A stretch of 64,000 bases of DNA from Verrucomicrobiota bacterium. GTDB lineage: Bacteria; Verrucomicrobiota; Verrucomicrobiia; Limisphaerales; AAA164-E04. How positions within the stretch are numbered: position 1 is the first letter of the stretch; each line of letters begins with the position of its first letter. Positions 49,334-59,291 of the stretch are shown piece by piece. The position numbers and the translations under genes are program-made. The notes beneath the pieces are model-generated. The model made no database searches. It had not been told where the DNA came from and saw only the letters and a program-made list of their open reading frames with translations. The stretch spans positions 3,712,001-3,776,000 of the forward strand of contig CP170459.1 in the NCBI GenBank assembly GCA_047947115.1, written 5' to 3'.

Positions 49334-50302
49334 TCAGCCGAGTGCCTTCTGCACGGCGGATTGCATTTTCCGGAGTCCGGTTTTGGCCACGCTGGCGGCG
49401 TCTTGTTCCCAGTAAGATCGGTTGAAGACCTCCAGGGACAGAACAGGGGTGGCGCCGACCGCTACGAATCCGTTCAAGATGTCGTTCAATGGTGCAATAC
49501 CGTCTCCAGGGTAAACTCGATGTGAGTCATTGATTGTTTCTCTGGGGGGATCCGCCGGGTAATCATTGAAATGAAACACCTGCATGGCTTGGGGGCCCAG
49601 GAGTTTCAGGCCTTCGAAGGGGCAGCCGCCTTTATAGGTATGATAGACATCTCCAAGAAAACAAGCTTTTGGGTGTCCACACTCGATGGCGATGGAAACA
49701 GCTTTACTGATGCGACCAATGACGGGGTGTCCTCCCCACATTTCAATCATTGGAATCACTCCAATGGATTCTCCGATTTCCAGCAGTTTTGCGTATCGTT
49801 CGGCAGCAGCCTCCACCTCAATCTGTTCGCCGCGAGAAGTGCCCGCGGGCGGAGCGGCCATTCGAATGCCTCCTATTTGTGCCAGTCGATCCATCTCGCG
49901 CTTGGCTTGTTCCAGTCCGGCTGCACGTTTGACGTCGTCATTCACGATCCAGGGGGCAAATCCAATGGCGCTTTCAACCGTCATGCCGTGGTCGGCAATA
50001 CGTTTGGCGAGGTCTTTGAGGGATCCTCCACCGTCCGCATACTGGTTGATGCCGTCAAACCATGGTTCCAGAGCATCGTAACCAGCCTGACCTGCAACAT
50101 CGATTTCCTTGATGATGCCAAGTTTTTGGCCGCGGATCGTGCTTGTATTCAAGCAATAGCGGAATGCTCTACCTTGGGGGCTTTGTGGAGTTGCCGCTTT
50201 GAGTTGTGTTTTTCCCAAAGCCAGGGCTCCCATGGCGATTCCTGCTGATTTTAAGGCGTTGCGTCGACTGCATTCCATAGATGGATGATTGATTGGTTTC
50301 AT
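49334..50302 (-). CDS. Tat-exported sugar phosphate isomerase/epimerase (xylose isomerase-like TIM barrel)
   Basis: SRRNALK Tat motif; CLNTSTI, DVYHTYKGG, HFNDYP, RVYPGDG, LSLEVFN. Confidence 0.88.
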   Translation of the reverse strand: MKPINHPSMECSRRNALKSAGIAMGALALGKTQLKAATPQSPQGRAFRYCLNTSTIRGQKLGIIKEIDVAGQAGYDALEPWFDGINQYADGGGSLKDLAKRIADHGMTVESAIGFAPWIVNDDVKRAAGLEQAKREMDRLAQIGGIRMAAPPAGTSRGEQIEVEAAAERYAKLLEIGESIGVIPMIEMWGGHPVIGRISKAVSIAIECGHPKACFLGDVYHTYKGGCPFEGLKLLGPQAMQVFHFNDYPADPPRETINDSHRVYPGDGIAPLNDILNGFVAVGATPVLSLEVFNRSYWEQDAASVAKTGLRKMQSAVQKALG

Positions 50303-50713
50303 AACTGGATTTGCCGGCGACTTTAACTGATAAGATGGTCAAAGGTGAATCTTTTTGTTTGAGGCTGCCGATTTTCGGTGAGTCATGATTCATCTCTGTT
50401 TTTGTTTAAGATCGTTATGAGAGGAGGTTGCTATAAATGCAATGCAGAGCATTGCGAAAAGGGTTTACGGTAGCGCTGTTTAGGGGTTCATTTATTAATA
50501 AGATAAGCTTATATGTCGCAATTTAGTTATAAAAAACTTTCCTAATCGGCTAAAATTTGTATAAAGTCCCTAATATTTCTATTTGGCAAAGGATTTGCTC
50601 GGGTTGCATCAGGTTGCTGGGTTTTGGTTTCATTGCATGCAATGTTAATTCAAATTCGGAGGCTAAGTTGTATGGTACGGCATTTAATTTATGGATAGGA
50701 TAGAGAGACATAT

Positions 50714-51103
50714 ATGTTAGGCAGACTTGTTAAACGAGGCAGTCGGTTATACTGCGTGGCGGACCAGGGGGGACAACTGGATGTTTCGAAACTGGCACGC
50801 CTGAGCGGATTCAGAGCGAGTGAACTCGCCAATTTGTTGAATGTGAGCGATCGCCATCTGGAGCGGGCGTTTCAAACCATTCTCAGTATGTCTCCGAAAA
50901 CCTGGCTGCGTGAACAGCGCATGGTTTATGCCAAGGAGTTGTTTGACCGCGGGATGCATAAACGTGAGGTTGCTTCCATCACCGGCTTCAAGTCTTACAG
51001 TCATTTTGCCGCCGAAGTGGCTCATTATTTCGGTAAACGACCCAAAGAACTGGAGCGCTGCACGGGGAAACGAACCAAGGTATTGATTGAACAGTTTATT
51101 TGA
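50714..51103 (+). CDS. AraC-family HTH transcriptional regulator (HTH domain only)
   Basis: LANLLNVSDRHLERAF...SPKTWLREQRM...EVASITGFKSYSHF...FGKRP. Confidence 0.85.
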   Translation: MLGRLVKRGSRLYCVADQGGQLDVSKLARLSGFRASELANLLNVSDRHLERAFQTILSMSPKTWLREQRMVYAKELFDRGMHKREVASITGFKSYSHFAAEVAHYFGKRPKELERCTGKRTKVLIEQFI

Positions 51104-51171
51104 TTTCCCAAAAGAGCTGGTTTGTAGGGTGGCCAGAAGTCCCTTTGCTTGCTAACACTTGTTCATACAAC

Positions 51172-52215
51172 ATGAACAAGTTTGTTATTATTCAACTCCT
51201 GATGGGGATGATTCCCTTTCTTTCTGAACTTTCGGCTGAGAAAGCTGACACTTCCGGTATTTTTGACGTTTATTCCTACGAAACACCTCAAATGGGTGTC
51301 CCGTTTCGTATCATTCTTTACACCGATCAGGGCAAGTCCCATGCCGACCGAGCCGCTTCACTGGCCTGGAAACGTATCGCTTCACTCAATCACATTCTTA
51401 GCAACTACGAAACCGAAAGCGAACTGAGCCGCCTGGGTTATGAATCAGGTGAGGGAATCTGGACAAAAGTGAGTGATGACATGTGGACGGTGCTGGCGTC
51501 TGCACAGCGTTTATCGGTTTTATCCGAAGGGGCGTTCGATATGACGTTGGGGCCTGCTACAGCTCTTTGGCGCAAGGTTCGACGAGAAAAGCGAATGCCC
51601 TCGTCATCGGCATTGGACTCCATGTGGGAACGTACTGGTTGGGATCGATTGTTGATGCGGCCTGAGGATCAGTCTGTCTGTCTGACCGTTTCCGGCATGC
51701 GCCTGGATCCCGGAGGGATTGCCAAGGGCTTTGCGTTGGATGAAGCGGTGGAAGTGTTGAAAGAGCAAGGAATACCGCATGCATTGATATCAGGCGGGGG
51801 GGACATGGTCTTTTACGGCGGAAAACCAACCGGAGATCCATGGCAGATTCGCTTGGCCGGTTTTACGGAAAGCAGGGAAGAAGGCCCGATGATTGAATTG
51901 AAGGATGGCGCGGTGGCTACTTCGGGTGATCTTTTTCAATATGTGGAAATCGATGGTGTTCGGCATTCGCACATTCTCAACCCCCGAACAGGTCTCGGGC
52001 TCACCGTCCGTACCTTGACCACAGTCATTGCCTTCACAGGCATCCAGGCGGATTCCCTGGCAACGACCTTGTCCGTGCTTGGGCCTCAGCGGGCACCCGC
52101 ATGGACTGAAAAGCATGTGAATGATTGTGGGGTGAGAATGTTGTGGCTGGACGAGGATGTTGTCACCCGCGAATGGGTACATGATGATCAGAACTCTTGG
52201 TTTGGATCCAGGTGA
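51172..52215 (+). CDS. apbE: FAD:protein FMN transferase
   Basis: MGVPF, SELSRL, GAFDMTLGP, LDPGGIAKGFALD, VATSGD, SHILNPRTG, ADSLAT. Confidence 0.92.
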   Translation: MNKFVIIQLLMGMIPFLSELSAEKADTSGIFDVYSYETPQMGVPFRIILYTDQGKSHADRAASLAWKRIASLNHILSNYETESELSRLGYESGEGIWTKVSDDMWTVLASAQRLSVLSEGAFDMTLGPATALWRKVRREKRMPSSSALDSMWERTGWDRLLMRPEDQSVCLTVSGMRLDPGGIAKGFALDEAVEVLKEQGIPHALISGGGDMVFYGGKPTGDPWQIRLAGFTESREEGPMIELKDGAVATSGDLFQYVEIDGVRHSHILNPRTGLGLTVRTLTTVIAFTGIQADSLATTLSVLGPQRAPAWTEKHVNDCGVRMLWLDEDVVTREWVHDDQNSWFGSR

Positions 52216-52273
52216 TTCAGGCTTTGCTGAAGCAGATGTTGAATAATTAAGTGATAAAGGTTAGAAATTTTCC

Positions 52274-52582
52274 ATGTTCGTAAACGCCGGACCAATGGTT
52301 TTGCCGGGCATCGATCCGCGGTCAGATCAGCAAACGAAGGAATTCCTTGATTCGGGATACCTCGTGATTTGCTGGGATGATCCCATCAATCTGATGGATT
52401 ACGTCACACACGTCTTCCAAAAGGTCTTTGGGTGGAATCGAGCCAAAGCCGAACATCATATGATGGAGGTACATCAGCAGGGAAAAAGTTTACTGACACG
52501 CGCGAGCATGGAAACAGCAGAGCATTACGTGCATCAATTGCACCGGTATAATCTCCATGCCACCATGGAAAAAGCTGAATGA
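52274..52582 (+). CDS. clpS: ATP-dependent Clp protease adaptor ClpS
   Basis: VICWDDPINLMDYVTHVFQKVFG...MMEVHQQGKS...AEHYV..LH...LHATME. Confidence 0.92.
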   Translation: MFVNAGPMVLPGIDPRSDQQTKEFLDSGYLVICWDDPINLMDYVTHVFQKVFGWNRAKAEHHMMEVHQQGKSLLTRASMETAEHYVHQLHRYNLHATMEKAE

Positions 52583-53043
52583 AATTGATTCGCAAGGGAG
52601 ATGGGCGTTTTGACATGGCGCTGGATGTTGAGGAATGGCAGGCGTTAAAAAAGCTGGTCAGCCAGTATCCCAAAACCCCCGCGGACCACCACTCCTTGAC
52701 ATGCAAAGATGAACCTGACCCGGATCTGAAGGATTCCGATGATTGGTTGAAGGAAAGCGGTAGCGTTCATCAGGCGCAACGCCATCGACAAATCAGGGCA
52801 TGGATCGACTCCATTCATCCTGATCAAGATGAGGCAACCTATAAAATTGAATTCGACCCTTCGAAGGCGGATTGGTTGATCGAGATTTTGAATGACATTC
52901 GTGTTGGCTGCTGGTTGAGCCTGGGATGTCCGGCACCGGAAGATTTGACAGAGGCTGAGTGGAGGGAAGAGGATTGGCCGACGTTGTGGGCGATGGAGAT
53001 TTCCGGGATGTATCAGTCCGTCCTTCTGAAATGTTTGATGTAG
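52579..53043 (+). CDS. DUF2017-like protein
   Basis: ATGA-coupled to clpS; ADWLIEILNDIRVGCWLSLG resembles the W...LND.R...G motif of clpS-adjacent DUF2017 proteins. Confidence 0.6.
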   Translation: MKLIRKGDGRFDMALDVEEWQALKKLVSQYPKTPADHHSLTCKDEPDPDLKDSDDWLKESGSVHQAQRHRQIRAWIDSIHPDQDEATYKIEFDPSKADWLIEILNDIRVGCWLSLGCPAPEDLTEAEWREEDWPTLWAMEISGMYQSVLLKCLM

Positions 53044-53064
53044 TTCAACCGACTGATCGTCACC

Positions 53065-53781
53065 ATGGTCGCTTTTCTTGAGAAAAAACTTTGGTTTCCT
53101 GATCCGCGCACCTATGACCGGTACCTGGATGAGGGGCTGCTCGCTGTTGGGGGCGACATGAGTGTGGAGCGACTCAAACTTGCCTACCGACTTGGGATAT
53201 TTCCCTGGACCGAAAAGCCGATCACCTGGTGGTGTCCGGATCCCAGGGGGATCTTCGACCTGCAACGGCTGAGAATATCGCGCAGTCTGGCGAAATTCAT
53301 CCGCAAGAAGGTGTATCATTGCACCTTCGACCAGGCGTTTGAACAAGTGATTCGGGCGTGTGCCGAAACGCCACGTCCGGGGAGTTGGATTACGGAATCC
53401 TTTATCCAGGCTTATGTTCGCCTTCACGAAGCGGGGGCAGCCCATAGTGTGGAATGTTGGCATGGAGATCGATTGGTCGGTGGTGTGTATGGAGTGGCGG
53501 TTGAGGGTCTTTTTGCGGGGGAATCCATGTTTTATCGAGCCAGTAATGCATCCAAAGTTGCTTTGGTCCATCTGACCGATCATTTAAACCGGCGCGGGTA
53601 TCAATTGTTCGACGTGCAGATGATCACTCCTGTGACGGAAAGCCTGGGAGCCCGGCTTGTGTCCAGGAACGATTACTTGTCCCGCTTGAAGGCCGCACTT
53701 TCCCATCCTTGCACATTTGGAGGGGATGAAGCAGAATCCGGACGTGAACCCAGGACATCCCAGCCAAATCATCCGCAATAG
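53065..53781 (+). CDS. aat: Leucyl/phenylalanyl-tRNA--protein transferase
   Basis: GLLAVGGD, AYRLGIFPW, WWCPDPR, AHSVECW, LVGGVYGV, FAGESMF, ASKVAL. Confidence 0.95.
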   Translation: MVAFLEKKLWFPDPRTYDRYLDEGLLAVGGDMSVERLKLAYRLGIFPWTEKPITWWCPDPRGIFDLQRLRISRSLAKFIRKKVYHCTFDQAFEQVIRACAETPRPGSWITESFIQAYVRLHEAGAAHSVECWHGDRLVGGVYGVAVEGLFAGESMFYRASNASKVALVHLTDHLNRRGYQLFDVQMITPVTESLGARLVSRNDYLSRLKAALSHPCTFGGDEAESGREPRTSQPNHPQ

Positions 53782-55993
53782 GAGTTTGAAACAGCGTTTT
53801 CAGGGGCTTGTCAGCACCGTCTTGGTGCACGGTCTCTATTATGTGATTCTGTCGGGCAGCCTGCTGCTTGCCCAGGAAATGTTGAATGAGGAACATCTCG
53901 CTCAAAAGGTCAACTCATCTATTGTGACCATCCGGCATCTGGACCGGACGGGACAGGAAAGTGGTATCGGAACGGGATTCATCATCGGGGAGGACGGGCT
54001 TGTTGCCACCAGCCTGCATGTCATCGGCGAATCCAGGGCAATAGAAGTCATATTGGCCGATGGATCAAGGCATGAACCGGTTGCCATTCATGCCTGGGAC
54101 CGTACCTTGGATCTTGCGGTGATCCGCCTGGAGAAAACCGGTCTAAACGCATTGCCATTGGGAGATTCGGATGTCTTGTCGTCGGGTGAAAAGGTGGTTG
54201 CCGTTGGGAATCCGATGGGACTGGAGCGGAGTGTGGTGAGTGGCTTGATTTCCGGATTTCGGCGCTTTGAACATTCCCGAATGATCCAATTGGCCATCCC
54301 CATCGAACCGGGAAACAGTGGAGGTCCACTTTTCAATGTTCGGGGAGAGGTTCTGGGATTGCTCAATATGAAGTCAACCTTGACCCCGAACCTGGGGTTC
54401 GCCACCCCCGTAAACGCACTCAAACCGCTGCTGGCACGTCCCAATACGGTCAAGATGGCTCGATGGTTGAGATTGGGCAGCTTGGATGCATCACGATGGG
54501 TTTCCAGTATGGGAGCCTTGTGGAGTAGTAAGGTTGATCGGATTTCTGTGCAGGGGCAGGGTAGTGGTTTTGGGGGACGCTCACTCTGTCATTTTCATGA
54601 GCAGCCCAAGGCATTTCCGTATGAAGTGGAAGTTCGGGTCAAACTGGCGGATGAATCCGGTGCTGCAGGGTTGATATTCGGATCGGATGGCAAAGACCGG
54701 CAATACGGTTTTTATCCGAGCAACGGGCAGATGCGACTGACGCGTTTTGAAGGACCTTCGGTGTATCAATGGACGATCCTGAATCAAATCCAATCACCCC
54801 ATTATCGCGAGGGAGATTGGAACACGATCAAAGTAAGACATTCAGAACACCATATAAAGTGCTATGTCAATGATCAGTTGGTGATTGAATCTTCGGATAA
54901 TGGGCTGTCGCTGGGCCAGATCGGATTGGCAAAGTTTCGGGATACGCAGGCTGATTACTCGGGCTTTGTGGTCAACACCGGACTGGGTGTTGATTACGAG
55001 TTGTTGGATGATGGCCGGTGGGAGCAGGCGATGAGAGGACTTGAATCCTATCTGAATTCATCAGAACCCTCCTCGGAAGTTCTATTGAACCAAGTAAAAA
55101 CCCTGAGCCCGGAACAACTCGGGCACATGGCTGATATCCTGGCTGATCGGGCAGAGCAATTGCGCCTGCTTTCGGCAGACGCCCACCGTGCCCGGATGCA
55201 GACCAAATTGAGTGAAGAACTCAGCAAACCTGAAGAAGAGATCAACTTGCTTTATGCTTGTCTGATCATTGCCCAGCATGATCATCCCGATTTGAATCTA
55301 ACCGCCTATCTGGACGCCGTCGATGGCATGGCCCGGGAAATCCTGAGTAGACACAATGGAGGCGCATCGCCACAAGAATTGATGAGCTCGTTATTGGAGT
55401 ATTTGTTTGAGGAAAACGGTTTTCATGGGAGCTACGCAGATTACGAAAACGCCGCGAACAGTTACCTGCACAAGGTTATCGATGATCGCGAAGGATTACC
55501 CATCACCCTGTCTGTTCTTTTTATCGAGCTGGCGGAGCGATTGGGGATTCATGGGGTGACGGGACTTCCGTTGCCGGGGCATTTTCTGGTTCGGTATGAA
55601 TCAGGAGCCGAATCCGTGCAATTGATCGATGTCTTTGAAGGCGGCAAGCGAATGAGTTTTACCGAGGCAAATCTACTGGCAGAGTCGCTGCAGCAAAGTC
55701 CGGTCAACAGTGAGCAGATGACATCTGCAAGTAAAATGGAAATCATTCGGCGCATTCTCACCAATTTGAAATATGGAGCACAGAATAAGGAAAGCTTTGA
55801 AAAAGCCTTGCCTTATGTCGATCTGCAGATTGCCATTGCTGCAGACGATGTGGGACTGCGGCTTGAACGTGCCACCATGCTGCTTCGGACGGGGCAACGC
55901 GAAAGAGCGCGACAAGACTTTCTCTGGCTTCTTGAAAAACGCCCGCCCGGCATTCGGTTGGAGCGCATACGCCAAGCCTTGGAAACACTTTGA
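53726..55993 (+). CDS. Trypsin-like serine protease + ConA/DUF1080-like + SirB1/transglutaminase-like + TPR protein
   Basis: GTGF, TSLHVI, DLAVI, PGNSGGPL; NSYLHKVIDDREGLPITLS, PGHFLV, IDVFEGG, RRILTNLK; start uncertain, overlaps aat end. Confidence 0.85.
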   Translation: MKQNPDVNPGHPSQIIRNRSLKQRFQGLVSTVLVHGLYYVILSGSLLLAQEMLNEEHLAQKVNSSIVTIRHLDRTGQESGIGTGFIIGEDGLVATSLHVIGESRAIEVILADGSRHEPVAIHAWDRTLDLAVIRLEKTGLNALPLGDSDVLSSGEKVVAVGNPMGLERSVVSGLISGFRRFEHSRMIQLAIPIEPGNSGGPLFNVRGEVLGLLNMKSTLTPNLGFATPVNALKPLLARPNTVKMARWLRLGSLDASRWVSSMGALWSSKVDRISVQGQGSGFGGRSLCHFHEQPKAFPYEVEVRVKLADESGAAGLIFGSDGKDRQYGFYPSNGQMRLTRFEGPSVYQWTILNQIQSPHYREGDWNTIKVRHSEHHIKCYVNDQLVIESSDNGLSLGQIGLAKFRDTQADYSGFVVNTGLGVDYELLDDGRWEQAMRGLESYLNSSEPSSEVLLNQVKTLSPEQLGHMADILADRAEQLRLLSADAHRARMQTKLSEELSKPEEEINLLYACLIIAQHDHPDLNLTAYLDAVDGMAREILSRHNGGASPQELMSSLLEYLFEENGFHGSYADYENAANSYLHKVIDDREGLPITLSVLFIELAERLGIHGVTGLPLPGHFLVRYESGAESVQLIDVFEGGKRMSFTEANLLAESLQQSPVNSEQMTSASKMEIIRRILTNLKYGAQNKESFEKALPYVDLQIAIAADDVGLRLERATMLLRTGQRERARQDFLWLLEKRPPGIRLERIRQALETL

Positions 55994-55998
55994 ACGGA

Positions 55999-57816
55999 CT
56001 AGTCCGCGATGAAAAACACCTGCTTATTGTGGGGGAAAAAGGAGTAGGGGGAGGTGGCGTTCTGGATGACGCTGTAGGGGCCTTCCACTCGGGCCGATGA
56101 CAATAGTTTGCCGGTAAATTCAACAACAATCTTTCCGTCCGTGCTGAGTTGAATGGATTGAATGCTTGCGGGAGCCTCTTTTGACAGCCAGTAACCGTAG
56201 AACCTGGCATCGGCAAAATCGGAGATAATCAGGGCTTTTCCATCCGACCACATGCCGGATGGGCTTAAGTTTCCGGCGGTCTTCAGGGAGTCGAATTCTT
56301 TCTCAACAATCCTGGATTTGTCCTGCATGCTGTAGGCATAGACCTTGTCGTCTTCCCAGTCAGCAACCCACATGGTGTCGCCGTCGGACCATAAGGCGGA
56401 AGGAGCCTTGTTGCCTGCATTTTCCAGGGTGTTGAAATCCAGTTCGGGTACCGCCTGGCCCGAAGCCAGATCATAAGCGTAAATCTTGTGGTCCTCCCAA
56501 TCAGCAATCCACAGGGTTTGTCCGAGGATGAACATGCCCCTCGGCCAATGGTTGCCTGTTGCGGACAGAGATGAGATTTCGGATTGAGGAACGCGTTCCA
56601 AGGTTGAGAGGGAATAAGCATAGACATGGTCGTCCACATCATCCACCACATACATGATGAGCCCATCGGAACAGATGCCCGTCGGGCTGCCATTGCCGGC
56701 GCTTTCCAACAATTCTTTAGGCAGATCCAATGATTCATTTCTTTCACCGGTTGTGGCGTTGTAGGCATAGATCATGTTGTCCTCAATGTCTGCAGACCAC
56801 AATGTGGCGCCATCGGACCAGATGCCGGTGGGGTGGATGTTTCCAGGCTCAGCCAGCGAGTCCCAGTCCAGATCACGATTTCGAGATGTATCAGATGCGA
56901 TATCGTCCATGGGAGTGGGGGCGGCGATTTGGGCGGCATACACCCTTCCTTGTCGCCAGTCGGACACCCACATCGTGCTTCCATTCGACCAGAGTCCGGC
57001 CGGACTGGTGACGCCGGCTTCTCTCAGTGACTGGTAGTCGAGATCCTTTGCAGCATCACGCTTTCCGGTGGCCAGATCATAGGCGAAAATTTTCCCGTAA
57101 GTAGTTCCGCTCCAGGGTTTGAATCCTCCCTTATCGGCGACATAGAGTGTCGTGCCGTTGGACCAGATGTCACTGGGACTCAAATTGCCATCGGCTTCCA
57201 GGTTATTGATGTCCCGATTCGGCAACCGTTGGGTCGTTGCCAAGTCATAGGCGTAAATTTTTGTATCTTTGGCATCGGCAACCCACATGATGGTTCCGTC
57301 TGACCAGATGCCGGTGGCTTCGGTATTGCCGGCAGGCAGCAGGGAGTCGAATTCCTTTTCCGGTTGCCGTGTGGTCGTGGACAGGTCGTAGGCAAACAGG
57401 CGATCTTCAAAATCATCACACACCCACATGGTTTTTCCATCGGACCAGATTCCCCTCGGAGAACGGTTTCCTGCGGGTGTCAGGCTGTCAAAGTCATGGG
57501 CATGATCTCTGGCTCCGGAGATGCTGTATGCAAACAGTTTGCTGAGCAGCCCCCAGTCGGAGGACCAAATGGTAGTCCCATCTGACCAAAGTCCGACAGG
57601 TCGCCCGTTCCACCCGGCTGCATCGGTAAAGAACCTCAATTGAAACTGTGCCGAAGTCCCAGCCACCAGACCCGGAGCCCAGGCTGAAGGGGTCAGAGAG
57701 AGAGAATCCTGCAATGGGTCTGCTTCCTGTGTCTGCGACCGACCTGTGCCGAGTGTCGCAATGAACCATGTTGCCAGTAGCAAACGGGAGGGATTCGATA
57801 AAAAACTTCGGATCAT
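55999..57816 (-). CDS. Exported beta-propeller repeat protein (10 x G.WSDG..W..D....YAY) with short C-terminal sorting-like domain
   Basis: Ten repeats in two blocks of five; C-terminus FTGKLLSSARVEGPYSVIQNATSPY...FF. Confidence 0.82.
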   Translation of the reverse strand: MIRSFLSNPSRLLLATWFIATLGTGRSQTQEADPLQDSLSLTPSAWAPGLVAGTSAQFQLRFFTDAAGWNGRPVGLWSDGTTIWSSDWGLLSKLFAYSISGARDHAHDFDSLTPAGNRSPRGIWSDGKTMWVCDDFEDRLFAYDLSTTTRQPEKEFDSLLPAGNTEATGIWSDGTIMWVADAKDTKIYAYDLATTQRLPNRDINNLEADGNLSPSDIWSNGTTLYVADKGGFKPWSGTTYGKIFAYDLATGKRDAAKDLDYQSLREAGVTSPAGLWSNGSTMWVSDWRQGRVYAAQIAAPTPMDDIASDTSRNRDLDWDSLAEPGNIHPTGIWSDGATLWSADIEDNMIYAYNATTGERNESLDLPKELLESAGNGSPTGICSDGLIMYVVDDVDDHVYAYSLSTLERVPQSEISSLSATGNHWPRGMFILGQTLWIADWEDHKIYAYDLASGQAVPELDFNTLENAGNKAPSALWSDGDTMWVADWEDDKVYAYSMQDKSRIVEKEFDSLKTAGNLSPSGMWSDGKALIISDFADARFYGYWLSKEAPASIQSIQLSTDGKIVVEFTGKLLSSARVEGPYSVIQNATSPYSFFPHNKQVFFIAD

Positions 57817-57923
57817 GATGGAATCGCTTCAGTAATAATGTCGTTGGTTGAATGATTGACTCCCTGTCAGTTGGAGGCCTTTCACTTTATCGTGAGCTTA
57901 CCCCCCTGACTTGTGGACGAGCA

Positions 57924-58994
57924 TTACGGAAGAGGCACGGTTCCTTCAGGGAACAACCACTCCCACACTTGCTCATCCTCAAAACCGGTCAAGTCCTTGA
58001 AAGGAGTGCTCAGGCTGCTGAATCGTCTGTCTACATCGAAAGCGGCATCGATTGTTGGGATCAATTCATCCAGAGGATGTCGGTAGGCCTGCAGGATCTC
58101 AGGCAGTTGCTCGCAGAGCAACGCTGCCATCAGGTAGGCACCTGTCCGGGAAAAGTGTGAGAGATCATCGCATTCATTGCCGCAGACGGTGATAAAGGCG
58201 CTGGAAATAATGCCCATGCGCGCGTAGACCTCCGCGCTTTTCAGGTTCAGGTCTAGATATTGGGAATGTTTTTGGTTGGCAATCTTGATGACGCTGTCCC
58301 GTCGCTCCGCAAGTTCATTGATGTGGTTGTCTTTGGCGTCATACAAGCGGATGGCAACCGGTGTGACCAAAAGCGGTACCGCGCCGATACCTCGGATTTC
58401 ATCGACAATCTTGCCCAGGTTTTCCTCAAAGAGAGCCGTGCTGGTGCCGTCCCTGTGTTCAATATGCCCAAACTGAAGTATGACAAAGTCAGGTTGCAGC
58501 ACCTCCAGCGCTTTTGTCTTGTTGCGGGCAAAGTATTGAATCGTGCCCATTCCCGCTTCAGCGAGGTTGATGAAGTTGGCTTCCGGTCTGAAAAAATCCT
58601 GAAAATGCTGGCCCCAACCATGGTATTGAATGGATAATGCCGAAAGGTCAGCCATGGTCGAATCTCCCAGAAGCACCACCCTTGGCTCAAATTCGTCCAA
58701 ATGAACATCCGGGACCAACTGGACAAATCCCTGATCTCCTTCAGGAAAACTCAAAGGCACACGGTCCGAAGGCAGAAACACGTCACCAGGATCACTCCAT
58801 GAGGTCAAGTCAGAGGAAAACCGTGGACGATAGGCCCTGCGCTCTTCCACTTGCCCGGTCCAGGAAGTGTCGTCGCCCACCTGGTAACGGATGATCTGGG
58901 CATGGGCCCAACCGGCAAGAAACAAAATGGCCAAGGTAATTCCTGTGCGCTGCAAGCTCTTCAAACTGATTGTCATAGTTTTCAATGTTTCCAT
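57924..58994 (-). CDS. SGNH/GDSL esterase, rhamnogalacturonan acetylesterase (CE12)-like
   Basis: Signal peptide; LLGDSTM, GWGQ, INLAEAG, DFVILQFGH, PLLVTP, DLSHFSRTGA. Confidence 0.85.
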   Translation of the reverse strand: METLKTMTISLKSLQRTGITLAILFLAGWAHAQIIRYQVGDDTSWTGQVEERRAYRPRFSSDLTSWSDPGDVFLPSDRVPLSFPEGDQGFVQLVPDVHLDEFEPRVVLLGDSTMADLSALSIQYHGWGQHFQDFFRPEANFINLAEAGMGTIQYFARNKTKALEVLQPDFVILQFGHIEHRDGTSTALFEENLGKIVDEIRGIGAVPLLVTPVAIRLYDAKDNHINELAERRDSVIKIANQKHSQYLDLNLKSAEVYARMGIISSAFITVCGNECDDLSHFSRTGAYLMAALLCEQLPEILQAYRHPLDELIPTIDAAFDVDRRFSSLSTPFKDLTGFEDEQVWEWLFPEGTVPLP

Positions 58995-59291
58995 TCCTTT
59001 AGATGAAGGTCGATGCGGCGTCCGGACACAACTGGATTACGTGTTCAAGAGACGCCGGTTGATTGCTGATCGCCTTAAAAACGGAGTACGAACCGTACCG
59101 AAATGAGGTGGCATGTGCAATCCTAAAAGGCCATCAAGATCACCCAATACAAGGGGATACATTAATGGTTTTTCATTTCCCATTTCCCCAGGCGGACAAG
59201 ACCATTCGTGAGAATCCTTAGCGCTCAATTTATTCCATAAAGTTTGCGTTTGATCTTTATTGTTTCTATCTGGCAACGTTTGAAAGATATC

